Positions 13,301 through 25,319 of a DNA stretch of 64,000 bases are shown here, piece after piece; within the stretch, counting starts at the first letter, position 1; the number at the start of each line of letters is the position of its first letter. Below the pieces are notes generated by a model that worked only from the letters and a program-made list of their open reading frames with translations, was not told where the DNA came from and ran no database searches. The stretch lies in contig JBHGNT010000005.1 in NCBI GenBank assembly GCA_043228905.1, positions 3,720,001-3,784,000 on the forward strand. Reading direction: 5' to 3'. Origin of the DNA: Azolla caroliniana (Eukaryota; Plantae; Polypodiophyta). A program made the position numbers and the translations under genes.

Positions 13301-14208
13301 CCTCACATTCCCCCTTTATATGATTCATTGGCTGTCTGATGTCTCCTGAAATGAATCTTTGATGGTGGTAAAGTGATGATGCTTTGGAGAACAGTCAATG
13401 TATGCGGTATTATTGACACAGCTTTTTAACTGAAATTGTTGTACCCATTCAGGAACCTAAATTATTCAGTACAGATATAGCCTCCAATATAGCATATGGT
13501 TGTGGGGGTACCGTAACTTCTATTGAAATAGAGAAAGCTGCAAAGCAGGCAAATGCACATGATTTCATTATGGACCTGCCAGAGGGTTATAGGACGATGG
13601 TAGATAATGCACGTCTCAGTGGGGGTCAAAAGCAACGTATAGCCATAGCCCGGGCTCTGGTAAGAGATCCCTCTATACTAATACTTGATGAGGCAACCAG
13701 TGCCCTTGATGCTGAGAGTGAGCATTTTGTGCAGGTAAGAAAACATTTATTTCAATGTTATATGGTGGGTTGAAAAAAATCTGCATTGATGACATTTTGG
13801 TCATGATTTTCACAGAAAGCTCTCCATAAAGCCATGCATGATGGGCGAAAGAAGAGGACAGTTCTTGTTATTGCACACAGGTAGTGATTTGGCTTTATAT
13901 AGATTCTTCTTTTATGAGGTGCGACAGTTTGGCATTAAAGTGGGTATCACTATGATGACTTCAGGTTATCCACAATTCGCTCGGCAGATCGAATTGTTGT
14001 AATGCAAAGTGGTTGTATATCTGAGGTATGCATGTGGCTTTTCTTATGCACATATCATATATAGGTGTGCACATTTCTTTTTTTTGTACGTAATGATGCA
14101 ATGAAATGGCATATTTCTTGTTATGAACAGATCGGGACACATGATGAATTGTTGCGATTGGATGGAGAATATGCAATGTTGACCCGGAGGCAGATGAGCA
14201 CAATATAA
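7400..14208 (+). CDS. ABC transporter B family half-transporter, TAP1/ABCB26-like (probably plastid-targeted); ~18 exons; start may be 7400 or a downstream Met
   Basis: Spliced exons give LPGGTWW, then the TM domain ([34 protein letters not shown]), Walker [10 protein letters not shown], signature [15 protein letters not shown], Walker [13 protein letters not shown] and H-loop IAHRLST. The last exon 14131-14208 reads [25 protein letters not shown]. Confidence 0.93.
10037..10366 (+). repeat. Imperfect tandem triplication (~80-127 bp units) spanning an intron/exon acceptor of the ABC gene
   Basis: Three units begin tttaaggatgt(g/a)ttt(t/a)aa(g/a)ctag. Units 1 and 3 end in tgcag|gtatagtaggtgga...acatttggt. 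Confidence 0.85.
11000..12300 (-). mobile_element. Probable decayed LINE fragment in the long ABC intron
   Basis: The minus strand near 12180-12215 reads HLPI*EAGLGF, like the plant L1 post-RT motif CLPK..GGLG. The intron is far longer than its neighbours and has no intact ORF. Confidence 0.3.
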
Positions 14209-15191
14209 ATGTAATTCTAATATTTAGTAACAGTTACATGTATCAAAATGCCCATTTGTAATTTTGCCTCTGATTTTTTATTCTGGGTTAACATTTTGTC
14301 TAATTGGACAAAAATATTCCATTGGGTTAAGCTATATTCATTTGCACACGCTTTGGATACTTCAAATAGATCCAATGTAGTAACATGAAAATTATAGAAA
14401 TATACAGTTGGTAAATGATCCATAAAATAATTATGCCGAACAGAACAATATGGGCTATGGGCCCCGCAAAATATATAGGATCTAATTCTTATGCAACGTT
14501 TTATTATCCAAATTGCTTTTTAGGATCAAGTTAGAGATACCCTTATTGACAGGATTAGACATCATGGCGAATAATAATCTCCAAAGAATTTAGAAGTAAT
14601 TTCTCAGCAAATCCAAGGTGCATACTCTAAAGGGTATATATTCTTATTCTAGTGGAACATTGGTAATCATTTATGTGGTGTACAGCAGTGAAACTTGTGA
14701 GATCTCTGGCTTACCCTAAACCCTAAACCCAAAAGATATATGGACGTGCATATTATATGATACATTCTATTACCCAAATTGGTTTCTTGAGGGCTTGTTT
14801 CATTAAATCAGTATATGGTGTTATTGATAGGTCAACTGAGATCATCAATATGCAACATCATCAATTTCCTTCCCGTCCCACCTCTCTAGAGACTAGAAGG
14901 GAATGCGTAGTAATAGATAGTCCAACTTGTGCCAATGTTGTGTCATTTGGAATGAAAACTTGTTAATTTGTTACTTTTTAAATAATACTTTGAAAAGCAA
15001 TACATTTATAACAATTCCTTGACATGTTGCACTATGTTGTGGTAATAGCAATCAAGTGACAAATTTAGTGTGCATATACTCATTACTTCATGTCCATCAA
15101 ATACAGTTTTCAAATAAATACCTACCTTGTATTGATAAAAGTAACACTAAATACAATCTCATTATCCAAATAATACATAGTGATGTAATTT

Positions 15192-15570
15192 ATGAGCTTT
15201 ACGACATCTTTTAGTAGTCGAGGTGAAGTTCTTTATAGTGGTAAGCAAGTAATTTGTTGGGTCGACTTCTCCGCCTCACCCAAGACTAGATTGATTTTGC
15301 ATACAAAAAGTAGTAGTCGATCACATTTTGGACATGTAATACAACTAGATGATCTCGAAAGTTGTTCGTGGCTCAAGACAATAAATAGGACTACCTTGAT
15401 TTTGATTTTGAAAAGCAAAGAAACAAATGCCAACCTCATTGAGAATATTGGGAAGATTATTGAGGAGAAGATAGTCGCAATCATCCATATAAAAATACTA
15501 AGAACAATACTAGCAACACTCTCAAAGACCATTGCAAGTTCAACCCTATGTGTGAGCCTCAAAAGCTACC
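15192..15570 (+). mobile_element. Degenerate Tc1/mariner-type (DDE_3) transposase fragment
   Basis: ORF 15192-15734 has three blocks in the right order: VICWVDFSASPKTRL (cf. VMVWGCFS..G.G.L), HVIQLDD (cf. FQQDN) and ANLIENIGKIIEEKI...LRTILATLSKTI (cf. SPDLNPIEN.W..IK..I...L...I...W..I). Confidence 0.45.
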
Positions 15571-15992
15571 ACCATGACTCAACGGTCCATCCACATGATC
15601 GGAGCCTCACCATGGTTTGCACCGTGATGAGCAAACAAATGTTAGAACCTATTTTTCCAATCCTTGTTTATCGGGGGGAACCAAACTCATCAACGCCACT
15701 AGACCAATATCAAGAATGTGAAGCAAATGGATGATCTTTGTGAAGACAGTGGGCTATTCGCATCGACGATAAGCATCAGATAAAAATGTTGGAGTATATT
15801 GATGAATTTGGTTGTGGGTACGTGTATACAAATACATACGTATACATAAATTTTGTACATGTATAAATGTGTGTATATTGTGTTATATGGTTTAGATGGA
15901 AAATTGAATTAATACTTACGTTTGGCTTTGTTAAGACTGGCTTGCCTGTCTGTCTGTCTGTCTCTCGCTTGCTCTCTGGGCAACTGAACTAC

Positions 15993-18900
15993 ATGGATCC
16001 TGACGGAGCTTTCCTGCTGGACAGACTATCATCCGCTGCAGACGAGATTAATGGCACCGAAGATGAAAGACGTAAGCATGAGGATCTTCTTGGACTCGCA
16101 CAGACGTTGCTTGACCCTTCCACTCCCTCAGGCGAGGTAAGCCTGCGGTAAATTAAAAAACATAACACACGCACGCACACAGAAAGAATCTAGCAGTAAT
16201 AATTATAGTTTGTAGTTTTTCGTTTCTGTATTCAGACGACTATTCTAAATGGATCTTCTGAAGGACATGGAAGAGAGAGAAGGAAAAAAAAAGATCCAAG
16301 AATCCCAAAAAATTTAGTAGAAAGTGCATTTCTGAGATTTTTCTCCCTACATAGATAGCGTTTTACTGTGCCTGATGTAACTAGAACAACCATTTCTGAA
16401 CGAAAGATAGAAAGTTCATTCTATTTTAACAGTTATATTGAACATCAAGGAAAGATCCAAAATTTGAAAACTCTCTTCGCTTTAACATTTTTGTAAAGCA
16501 TCAAAGAAAGTTTTGAAAAGTCCTTTTGTTTGATTTCCTTTGTGGCAAGGCTCGACTTGATAGCCTTGGGATGGACTTGCCTCGGATCCTTGCCAAGTTT
16601 GCAGTGAGCTCACATAGACCTTGCAGAGAGAAGGCACTCTCCATTTTGAAATCTTTGGCAACGTTCTGTGATCCTCGTGACATGTTTGCAGCTTACATGG
16701 AGGTATGTAAGCCTTCCGTTACTGTGTCTTCTCAGCTCATTTGTTTAATAGTTTTATCTTTGGATCCCTTTATTACTGTAATTTCCTGCTGTCGCCAACA
16801 TTTCTTGTATATCCAATTGTTTAATCTGTACGGCTCTTTAAGATTTTGTCAGGTATTTCCGATCTAGCTAATTTTTGTTATTGGAGAAATTGTATGAAGT
16901 GCTATACTGTATACCCTCACTCCATGATATTTGTTTTGATTGCAGCTTACGTGGACATAAGTTTATTTCCTATCATATCCACTGGGCACAAAATGTTTAA
17001 CTCTGATGATGTTTTCCCTCATTCCATCCGCCTTTATTGCTGATTTGTGTGTGCTCTAACTAATGTTAAATCTTAGATCAAATTGTTTATTTGCTATATC
17101 TCCCCTCAAATTGCTGCATTGATATTCAGTTGCTTTTTTTTTATTGTTGCAATAACTTTCTTTCTAACTGCATCAGGCGTTGAACTTGTACACCGAGCCA
17201 GAAACTCTAGCATTATGTATAATTCTTCTGGATGACTTACCCCAGAGTATGTCTTGAACTTTTTCTGGTTACCATTTGTTTTGGACGAAGTCACTTGATT
17301 CCTTTGTTGTGTGGTGCAGTTTTTACCCGGATGAGAAGAAGGAGGTTAGAGTTTTTTCAAGAATCTTTATCAAGTCTTTTGAGAATATATAGCCTTGCTG
17401 TGGACACTGGGGCTCGAGGTCAAGAGATATTTGTTAAATTGGCACATATTATCATGGCTGTTCATGGCATAAGCCAATGTGAGGAGGTATATGGATGAGA
17501 TTTTTTTTTCAAAAATACATGAGTGGGCTTTGTGTCTATTTCACGTTTCATATGTCGATTGGTGATATATGTTATCTTCTGTTTGTTCTACAAAATTCGT
17601 TACATGTAGATAAGAAACCTTTACCATTTTCTCCCACTTTTTAGTTACCATCTTGTTTCTTCTGTATCCAAATTATAGGTAAGACATTAGGCTTTTTTAT
17701 TTATATGTAGACCTATGATACCTTATCCATTTATGTGCCCTTTATTACATGTTGTGCTAGATATTTTGGCTAGGTAACATTTACATTGCATTAACTGCAT
17801 TTTTCAAATTAGTCTGGAAGATGTATGAAGAAGCTTTAGATGTGTATTTCTTGAAAAGCTTTAGATGATAGTTACAAAGCTTTCTTTGAATCAGGTAGCA
17901 GAAATAATTTCAATCATGTGTTAAGGGAATTTTGATAGACTGATGCTTGAGGAAGTTTTCGAAATTTGCTTGAGGCAGGTTGCAGAGAAAAGGCAGAGGC
18001 TACAACAAACACTTGGAATTTTCATTCTTTTACTTCTGGTCTGATGTCTTACCTTTCAAGGAAATAGTATAATCTTAATTCTTTTTATGAAAATATTATA
18101 ATAATCTGGTACCTGCCAGGCTAGGGGATGCGATATTGTTATTGTTGATGCTTTACAACCTACAGTTCTGGAACTTATCAACTTGCTTCCGGAGTGTGGA
18201 TTTTCGTACTTGGATATGATCACTGGAAATTATTCAGAGAATGTGATGGATTGCATTGACGAAGGTATCGGGCCTTAAATGCCTCTGTTGGGAATGTTAT
18301 ACTATGGCATAATGGAATATTATGAAGACGCTATGATTTTTCTTAGTTTTGCAGAAGCTTGTAATAGCAAATCACAACTTTGGGATACAAAACGAGGTGC
18401 TGTTTTGGCAGGTCAATTTCTGCTTTCTTCATCTTATACTTTGATTCTGATTTCCAAAGAGTCATTACTTAGATGTTCAATCTCTTTGTATTAAAGCAGT
18501 ATGCTGGAGTTTCTGTGGCAAAGAAGCAACAAACGATCAAGTACAAGGAGAGTTGCTTCTTGAAAACTTATGTAGTTCAACCAATGCATTCATGAAGTCA
18601 CTATCGAATGTGTCCCTTCTTCTTACGTCGATATCAACATCACCAAAAACAGTAGAATTGTGCATTGATTTTTTAGCCACCATTTTGGAATCTTCAACAA
18701 CAAAAGATCTGTTTGATTCTGAACACTGGCTCTTTGAACAGAATGACTTTTTCAGGCTAAAAGATTTTCTCCAGGTATATCCTGTGTAAACTTGCTATAA
18801 TTCTGCATAGACTTTATAGAGGAGATCTTATTGAAAGCCATTGACTGAATTCTAGATAGTGCAAAACGAGAGATAAACCAGGGGCGTGCGCAATCAGTCA

Positions 18901-21414
18901 GATGTTTCCTAGAGAATATTCTATCTTTGCCTCTGCTGTTGTGTAGATGGGCATTATTAGACCCCTTGTGATTTGAGTTACCTTCCCAATCAGAATTCCC
19001 AGTGTTCCATAGGATGTTTTGCAGAATTGTTCATCTCTTCTTTATTCTCATGCTAGAAGCAATCTTGCATATCTATTCCTTTTCTACATTTAGTAGAGCA
19101 TAAATGAAGGCAAAGTTTAATGTAACCCCTGGTTACCTGTTGTTGCCATCCGTTGTAGCTTTGAGATGGCTGCTTTTTCATTGGCTTCTCAAAAGTATTG
19201 GATTCTCATCGGGTAACTGCCATCGTAATTGTTAACTGCCTCATTTAAAAAAAGATTTTGTTCTGTAATTAAACAAGCCAAAGTTTCAATGGCCACTTAT
19301 TTGGCTTAGAATTTAGAATATTTTGGATGTATTTAGGTTTTAGAATCTTTTGGACTTGATTAATCTATTTAGTTTTTTCTTTTCTTTTATGTCAGGCAAT
19401 TCAAAGGGTAATGATCTTTTCTCCACATTCGAAGACAAGACAACATGCATACAATGTCCTTGTACAGGCAAGTTTAGATCTCTTCTTTTTTGAATGGTTT
19501 AATAGTGAATGAATCTAATTTTAAGTTTGCAGACAATGCAAAATAATGTTCAATAAAGTTATTAATCTCCTGCAATTATAATGATGGTTTTATAAGTCTT
19601 GGTTTCAACATGATCACCTACCACAGATTTTCTGAAGATCCAAATTATTATTGCTATTCAACTTGTCTGCCAATAAATGTATATTCACTATAATAACCAT
19701 AACAAACTTAGAGGACACAATTAGATAACTTGAGAGCATATTTCATGACGAAGAAAGTAGCTCTTGAAGTTGATGTCATTTCCATTGGCCTACCTTTATT
19801 GCCATATTTTCATGTCTTGAATCCCGAGCGGATGAGTTCCCAGATAATAGGCAGCCCATACGATTTTATTCATAACCATGGATTATCGTGGACAGTCATT
19901 TCTGGTTGTGGTTTCTGGGACATGCAAACCCTTTGTGGATGCTAATAGTGGGCTAAGGCATATTATGCTTTCAAGATGCATGTAGGAGGATACATTAGAC
20001 ATAGAATCACGACTTGTGATACACTGGCACAAAGCTACCATATAATATATAAATTCTGCTTTCTGAAATGATAATACATTTGTCATTACAAAAACATATA
20101 TAGTATACTTTACCGATGGAATTAAAATGGCTTTTGCATGCACCAAGTCTCTTTGGCTCAATGTGAACTATTAAGCTCTCTTCAGGGATTATGTGCATTT
20201 GGTGCTCATAACAGACAGCATTTCTATTGAATTTATTCTATTCTCAAGAACGTGAGCTTGTTTGAAGTCTCGGTTTTGTGGTTGAGCTATATTCTTCAAA
20301 AATAACGATTTGTTGTCCATCAATGTTCATGCCCTTGAATTTCTTAAGCAAAATGACTTTTATTTTCTATGCATCCAGACAATTAGACAAGTTCCTCCAC
20401 CAGTGGCAAGATATGAAACGTTAAAGCTCCTTATCATGGAATCTAACCAATCTTCAATGGTAAGATACATATTTTGTGTATTAGATTTTGTACTGTATAT
20501 CACATCCACATTTCCGTTTTCTGAATTTCACTCTTTGAAGTACAGAGATGTGGACCATACATCGAATCTGAAATAGAGTTTAACATGAGCTAGTTACAAA
20601 TTGAAAGAAAACATATGACATAGAAATCAATACTGTGTGCTAAAGCTACGGTATTAATGATAATGCTGTATCAAGAAACATGAAAACTTGCATGAACTAT
20701 TTCCATGATAATTATTATATATAAACGAATTCCTAGCATTTAAGGCCACAACTAATATGTTGCATCATTTCGTTTCAGGTCTCTCTTCTCATTTATATTG
20801 TGAAAGAAGAAGTTGAGAAGGCAATATCATCTAAAAAAGATCGTCCAGAAGTTGCTGAAAGTGTAAAGCTAGAATCACCTTTTGCAAGCAGCAAAGTGCT
20901 AGAACTTGTTGAGTTTATTCTCCGACCTCCCTCAGGGGGTCCTCCTGATCTGCCAAATCAAATTGATGCGGTATTTACAACCCTTTGCCTTGATGTTTGA
21001 AATATTTGAAGGGTTTTTCTGATGCTCTGTTTTATCGAGTTTCTGCTTTCTCTTTTCACAGGTGCTATCTGTGCTAAATTTATACAGGTTTATTTTAATT
21101 AAAGAGACATCCGGTATGTTGATATTATCCTCCAAATTGTATTCTTGATAGAATGAAGTTCTAGCTCAAAGGATAATTGGATTTGAACAGGAAAAACAAA
21201 CTATACGGGAATTTTACGAAAAGAAAATCTGGAACAAGCTCGTGTTAAGTGGCTGGAGCCATTTCGTGTTTTCCTCCAAGGATATCAATTAAATTTACGG
21301 AGTGGTGATTCTGAATCGGATTTGTGTGCACAGTTTTCTGTGGCAAATGTGGAGGGTGTTCTCTATCGTTGTCTCGAACTTGTTGAAGAAGCATTGAAGT
21401 GCAAATCTTCATAA
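15993..21414 (+). CDS. ALF4: ABERRANT LATERAL ROOT FORMATION 4 / glomulin homolog (RBX1-binding cullin-RING ligase inhibitor)
   Basis: The multi-exon model yields LDSLGMDLPRILAKFAVSS...CDPRDMF, and at the C-terminus VLELVEFILRPPSGGPPDLPNQIDAVLSVLNLYRFILIKETSGKTNYTGILRKENL...WLEPFR...VLYRCLELVEEALK, matching ALF4. Stop at 21412-21414. Confidence 0.9.
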
Positions 21415-22010
21415 TTTGGAGTGAATGATAGATATCTCTTGGTTCTGAAGTTATATGTGAATTTATGAAAGCATTAAACCTTCTCCACAAGTTCTCTAGA
21501 TGACATGACACTACTTCACCTTTATTACTCTGCCTTACTACATCTGCTTATTTTCAGATTGTTTTGGATGCAAAAGATTGCCTTAGTACTAGTCATTTAT
21601 GCAAATCTCAGATTGTTTCTACATGCAAAAGTTATAGAGATCATAAGAAAGCTTTTCAAAAACTAAAGTGGTGTTGGTGACATGAGAGCAATAAGCAATG
21701 GATACCTGGAAATCTCTACTAATTATAAAGGCACCAATATGGCCAACCTGCACGGACAAGAAGTGGATATACCTGGAACCCTCCATCTCATGGTTTAATG
21801 GATTTAAAAGCTTCTATTTGGTGACCAATCCTTCAATGTTTTTTGCCAGTTTCCAACCAAACCTGTTACATCATTTTCTAACTGTTCCCTAATAATAGAA
21901 ACATTTACCCTTTCATATGGGTTCTAACAATTACCATAACAGTGCCACCAGACACAATTCTAGATATTTTGAAGTGGCATTAGGTATAATATAACCAGTA
22001 ACTTGGCCTT

Positions 22011-22080
22011 ATCTTATTCTCATAAAAGAATTTGGTGTAAAGAAAATCTTATTCTCATAAAAGAATTTGGTGTAAAGAAA
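22011..22080. repeat. Perfect 35-bp tandem duplication
   Basis: atcttattctcataaaagaatttggtgtaaagaaa x2. Confidence 0.95.
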
Positions 22081-22411
22081 GTCTGTCTTTAATAAACACA
22101 TTAATTTGTCAAAAACATTAATTGTGGCACAGATACAAAACATTATCCATCATACTCTGTCCACTTTTAAGGCATCAACACAGAATGCCACATAAACAAG
22201 GGATATCTTTAAAATGCAACTTCCATAGAGAAGCGCATGTCAAATATACAAACCATGTAAGCATACATGAACACAACTAACCGATGGTCTCACACAAAAT
22301 TGAATCCTTGAAAAGGATTTGACTGTCAACATCTTCACACTTTCAGGATGATGAGTTAATAATAAGCCCATATGACACCCAATAAACCACCTACAAAAGT
22401 TAAAGCAAGAC

Positions 22412-23684
22412 TTAAGCCTGAGCTTTAGTAGCTTGCTTTTCTTTTGATTTCTGGATCTTCAACACTTTCTTCACAATCTTCTGTTCTTCCACAAGAAAAG
22501 CTCGAATGATTCTGCAGATAATATAACATCTTCTCTTACAACCACGACACCCAAGAAGAAAATAAACCAAAAAGCAGATGGGTAAAGAGATGCAAAAACC
22601 TCTCTCGGACAGCCTCCCCAGAAAGGGCACCACCATAAGCACGATTCACTGTCTTATTCGTCTTGCTTAGTCTAGTGTTCCTATATTCAGCAGGTCGAAG
22701 ATGTGGAACCTGATTAAATCCTCAAAACTCAGAATAAATACTAAACTACCTTTCTATGGATTCGTAAAATATAAAAATGAAACTGACCCCTTGGATTCGC
22801 TTCCCAGTGACTGGACATTTGGGGCCCTGAGCACGTTTCTTGGCAATCTGGAAAACGAGCCGTCCACCTGGTACACATACAAAATGGACAAAGAGATTAT
22901 GTGCTTCATATCATGGTTTTGAAAAAACAAATACAACTGCAGAAGCTTCTAGTCCTAGTTTTGAGACATTGCATTATTCTGAAAGAAGCTTCATATCAAG
23001 TCTATGACACGTGGTATAAGATCACAGGAATCTCCAGCTTGATAACAAGACACAGTATTAGCTGAAGGCATCTCTTTCATGAAACATCTTTCATGTAACA
23101 TAGCGTCAGCTTAACAAGGTTTCATCTTGTTAGGAAGTGTCAATCTCTTCGTTATGACAATTGTTGTTAAGTTTCATGTTTAAGAAACATAGCATAATGA
23201 GCCAAACTTCGGACAGATAAGCTCCATGTTCAAGAAGTGTCCTCTAACAACAACATAGAGAGGGTCAGGTCATCTTACATTCAAGAATGCATCGTTCAAA
23301 ATTAGCAACTGCTTCGTTTCAATGGATTTATCACTGGAAAACTGTTTATATCAGACATCATAAATACGTAGTCTTGCAGGTAAATTAATAGAATCTCTCC
23401 AGTCTGGCTGAATGCTGTTTTCTGATATCGACGCGCTCAATACAGATAAATAACACGTTACACCAGTGATACCTCTGTGATGTAGTAAAGAGGGCATACA
23501 GTTCTACATAGCGTCTGACACATTTTCTTCACATGGACGCTTCATTTGAAGAAATCATGTGAAATGCTGAACGAGGACATGAAGAATGGACGAAGGAAGG
23601 CATACCAGGGGTTTTCACGACGCGAGTCTGGTTGGATTTGGTGGCGTAGCTGTGACGACGACGATAGGTCAAGCGCTGCACCAT
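22412..23684 (-). CDS. RPL34: 60S ribosomal protein L34 (eL34), 4 exons
   Basis: Four exons with GT-AG introns read [27 protein letters not shown]|[26 protein letters not shown]|[37 protein letters not shown]|[32 protein letters not shown]. Confidence 0.98.
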
Positions 23685-24034
23685 GGCTCCCCTCCTTCGT
23701 GGTCGTGCTTCTTCTTCTTCTTCTTCTTCTTCTTCTTTTTGTGCAGGAAGAGGGAGGGGGCAGAGGCAGCAGCTCTTGAGGAGGAGGAGAAGAAGAAAGA
23801 CTCCCGGTTCATAGGCCCCCCCCTAGATCCAACGGCTCCCGGTTTCTGCCTCAAGCTCATCGGACGGCTTCCAGGCAATCCAATGTTTACCTCTATCTGC
23901 AGTAAGACTATGTATGTATCATGTATGTAGTAGTAGTAAGTGGTGATGATCAAACAAATATTTACCAATGGATATCATTCTTCAATATTATTATTTTCAA
24001 TTTTCGTGGACCCCCTCGAAAGAAGAACATCAAA

Positions 24035-24172
24035 GGCCCAACCAACCTCAACGCACTCGTCCCATGATTTGTCACTTTACTTGACCATTTCCTCAATATA
24101 ACACACAACAAAGTCATTAGAGTTGTTCGTATGAATCAATACACTTTCTTTTTCTGTAGGGGTTTAGGGTTT
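24035..24172 (-). promoter_or_regulatory. Site II (TGGGCC) and telo-box (AAACCCTA) upstream of RPL34, in the divergent RPL34/OTU3 intergenic region
   Basis: ggccca at 24035-24040 and tagggttt at 24165-24172. This motif pair is typical of plant ribosomal-protein promoters. Confidence 0.5.
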
Positions 24173-25319
24173 TAAACATACATAATCCTCACAAAAGACG
24201 GGTATGGACTTTCGATTTAGAGGGGATGTCAATAGTTCCAATGACCCGAGTTTTCAAACACATCCCTTTGAAGAGAGAGAGAGAGAGAAGATTGACTCAT
24301 TTCTAGATCCACATTGTCAATATACAATAGATGTTCATATTATCCAATGGCAAATGCTAACAAAAACATAGGGGTGTTAGCTGAAATAAAAAGGGAACAC
24401 ACAATTGTTAGTCGTGACAACGAAAAATCGGAAAGTGGGTTTTCACTTTTTACGTGTGGTTCATAGGGCAATGACAAGGAAATTCTTGATTTCGATGTAT
24501 TGTGTTTCATGAAGAACTTGATCATTTTCGACTGTATAAGTATTATTGTCTTGAATTGTCTATCAAAGGAGATCCCAGGAACAAAATCTTGAGATCGCAG
24601 AGGAATTCAAGATAGTAGATCTGGAAGCGAATCCCACTTTAATGCCATTGCATCCGAATTTTAGAACCAGAAATGGGCAGGAACTTCGGAACGTAAGGAA
24701 GTGGATTTGTATTCGATAAAAAACATAAAGAAACACCAAGTGCTTGCTCCTAGATATAGATTCTTCTTTTTAGTTCAAAATCCATCAATGAAAAATCAAT
24801 AAAATTTAGGTTTTCATGAAACTGTAGGGGATGCCCCTCCCATTTTCCTTCCTTTTTTTTTAAGGGCCTTCAAATTGAAAGGACACAGCACGAGAGGGGA
24901 AAAAGCTTATCAGTATCAACACTATGAAGATGGACATGCCACTACCGTCTTCGTCTTCACGTTCTCCAGGTACGACCCAGAGACTGCTCTCATTCGCGCG
25001 CACAGATACAGACATGTAGAGAAGGGGATGATCTCCGTTGTTTTCCGTTTCCACCTTCCTAATGCAGAGAAATGGGTGTAGAACGACCCGTAAAACTCCA
25101 TGCCAATATGATGAAACATTTCGGTGGAGTGTTTCCCCGTTTATGAGAATGAGAGGCCCGCAATTTCCATACGTAAATACAGAAAAATAAATCTATATGC
25201 ATACATATATACGGACTCATTCACACATGACAAGTTGATTTCCTACGTTATTGGAGTCGGTTTCATATATGGGCATTTGAATGCTGACACATCTGTTAAA
25301 TCATGTTGTTATGTTTCAG

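Noticed and set aside
14714-14730. Telomeric repeats (also at ~37191)
   Set aside because: Only about two units; these are ordinary interstitial telo-boxes, not a chromosome end.
22869-23605. Intronic snoRNAs in the long RPL34 intron
   Set aside because: I found no RUGAUGA...CUGA pair with terminal stems and no clear H/ACA hairpins by eye.
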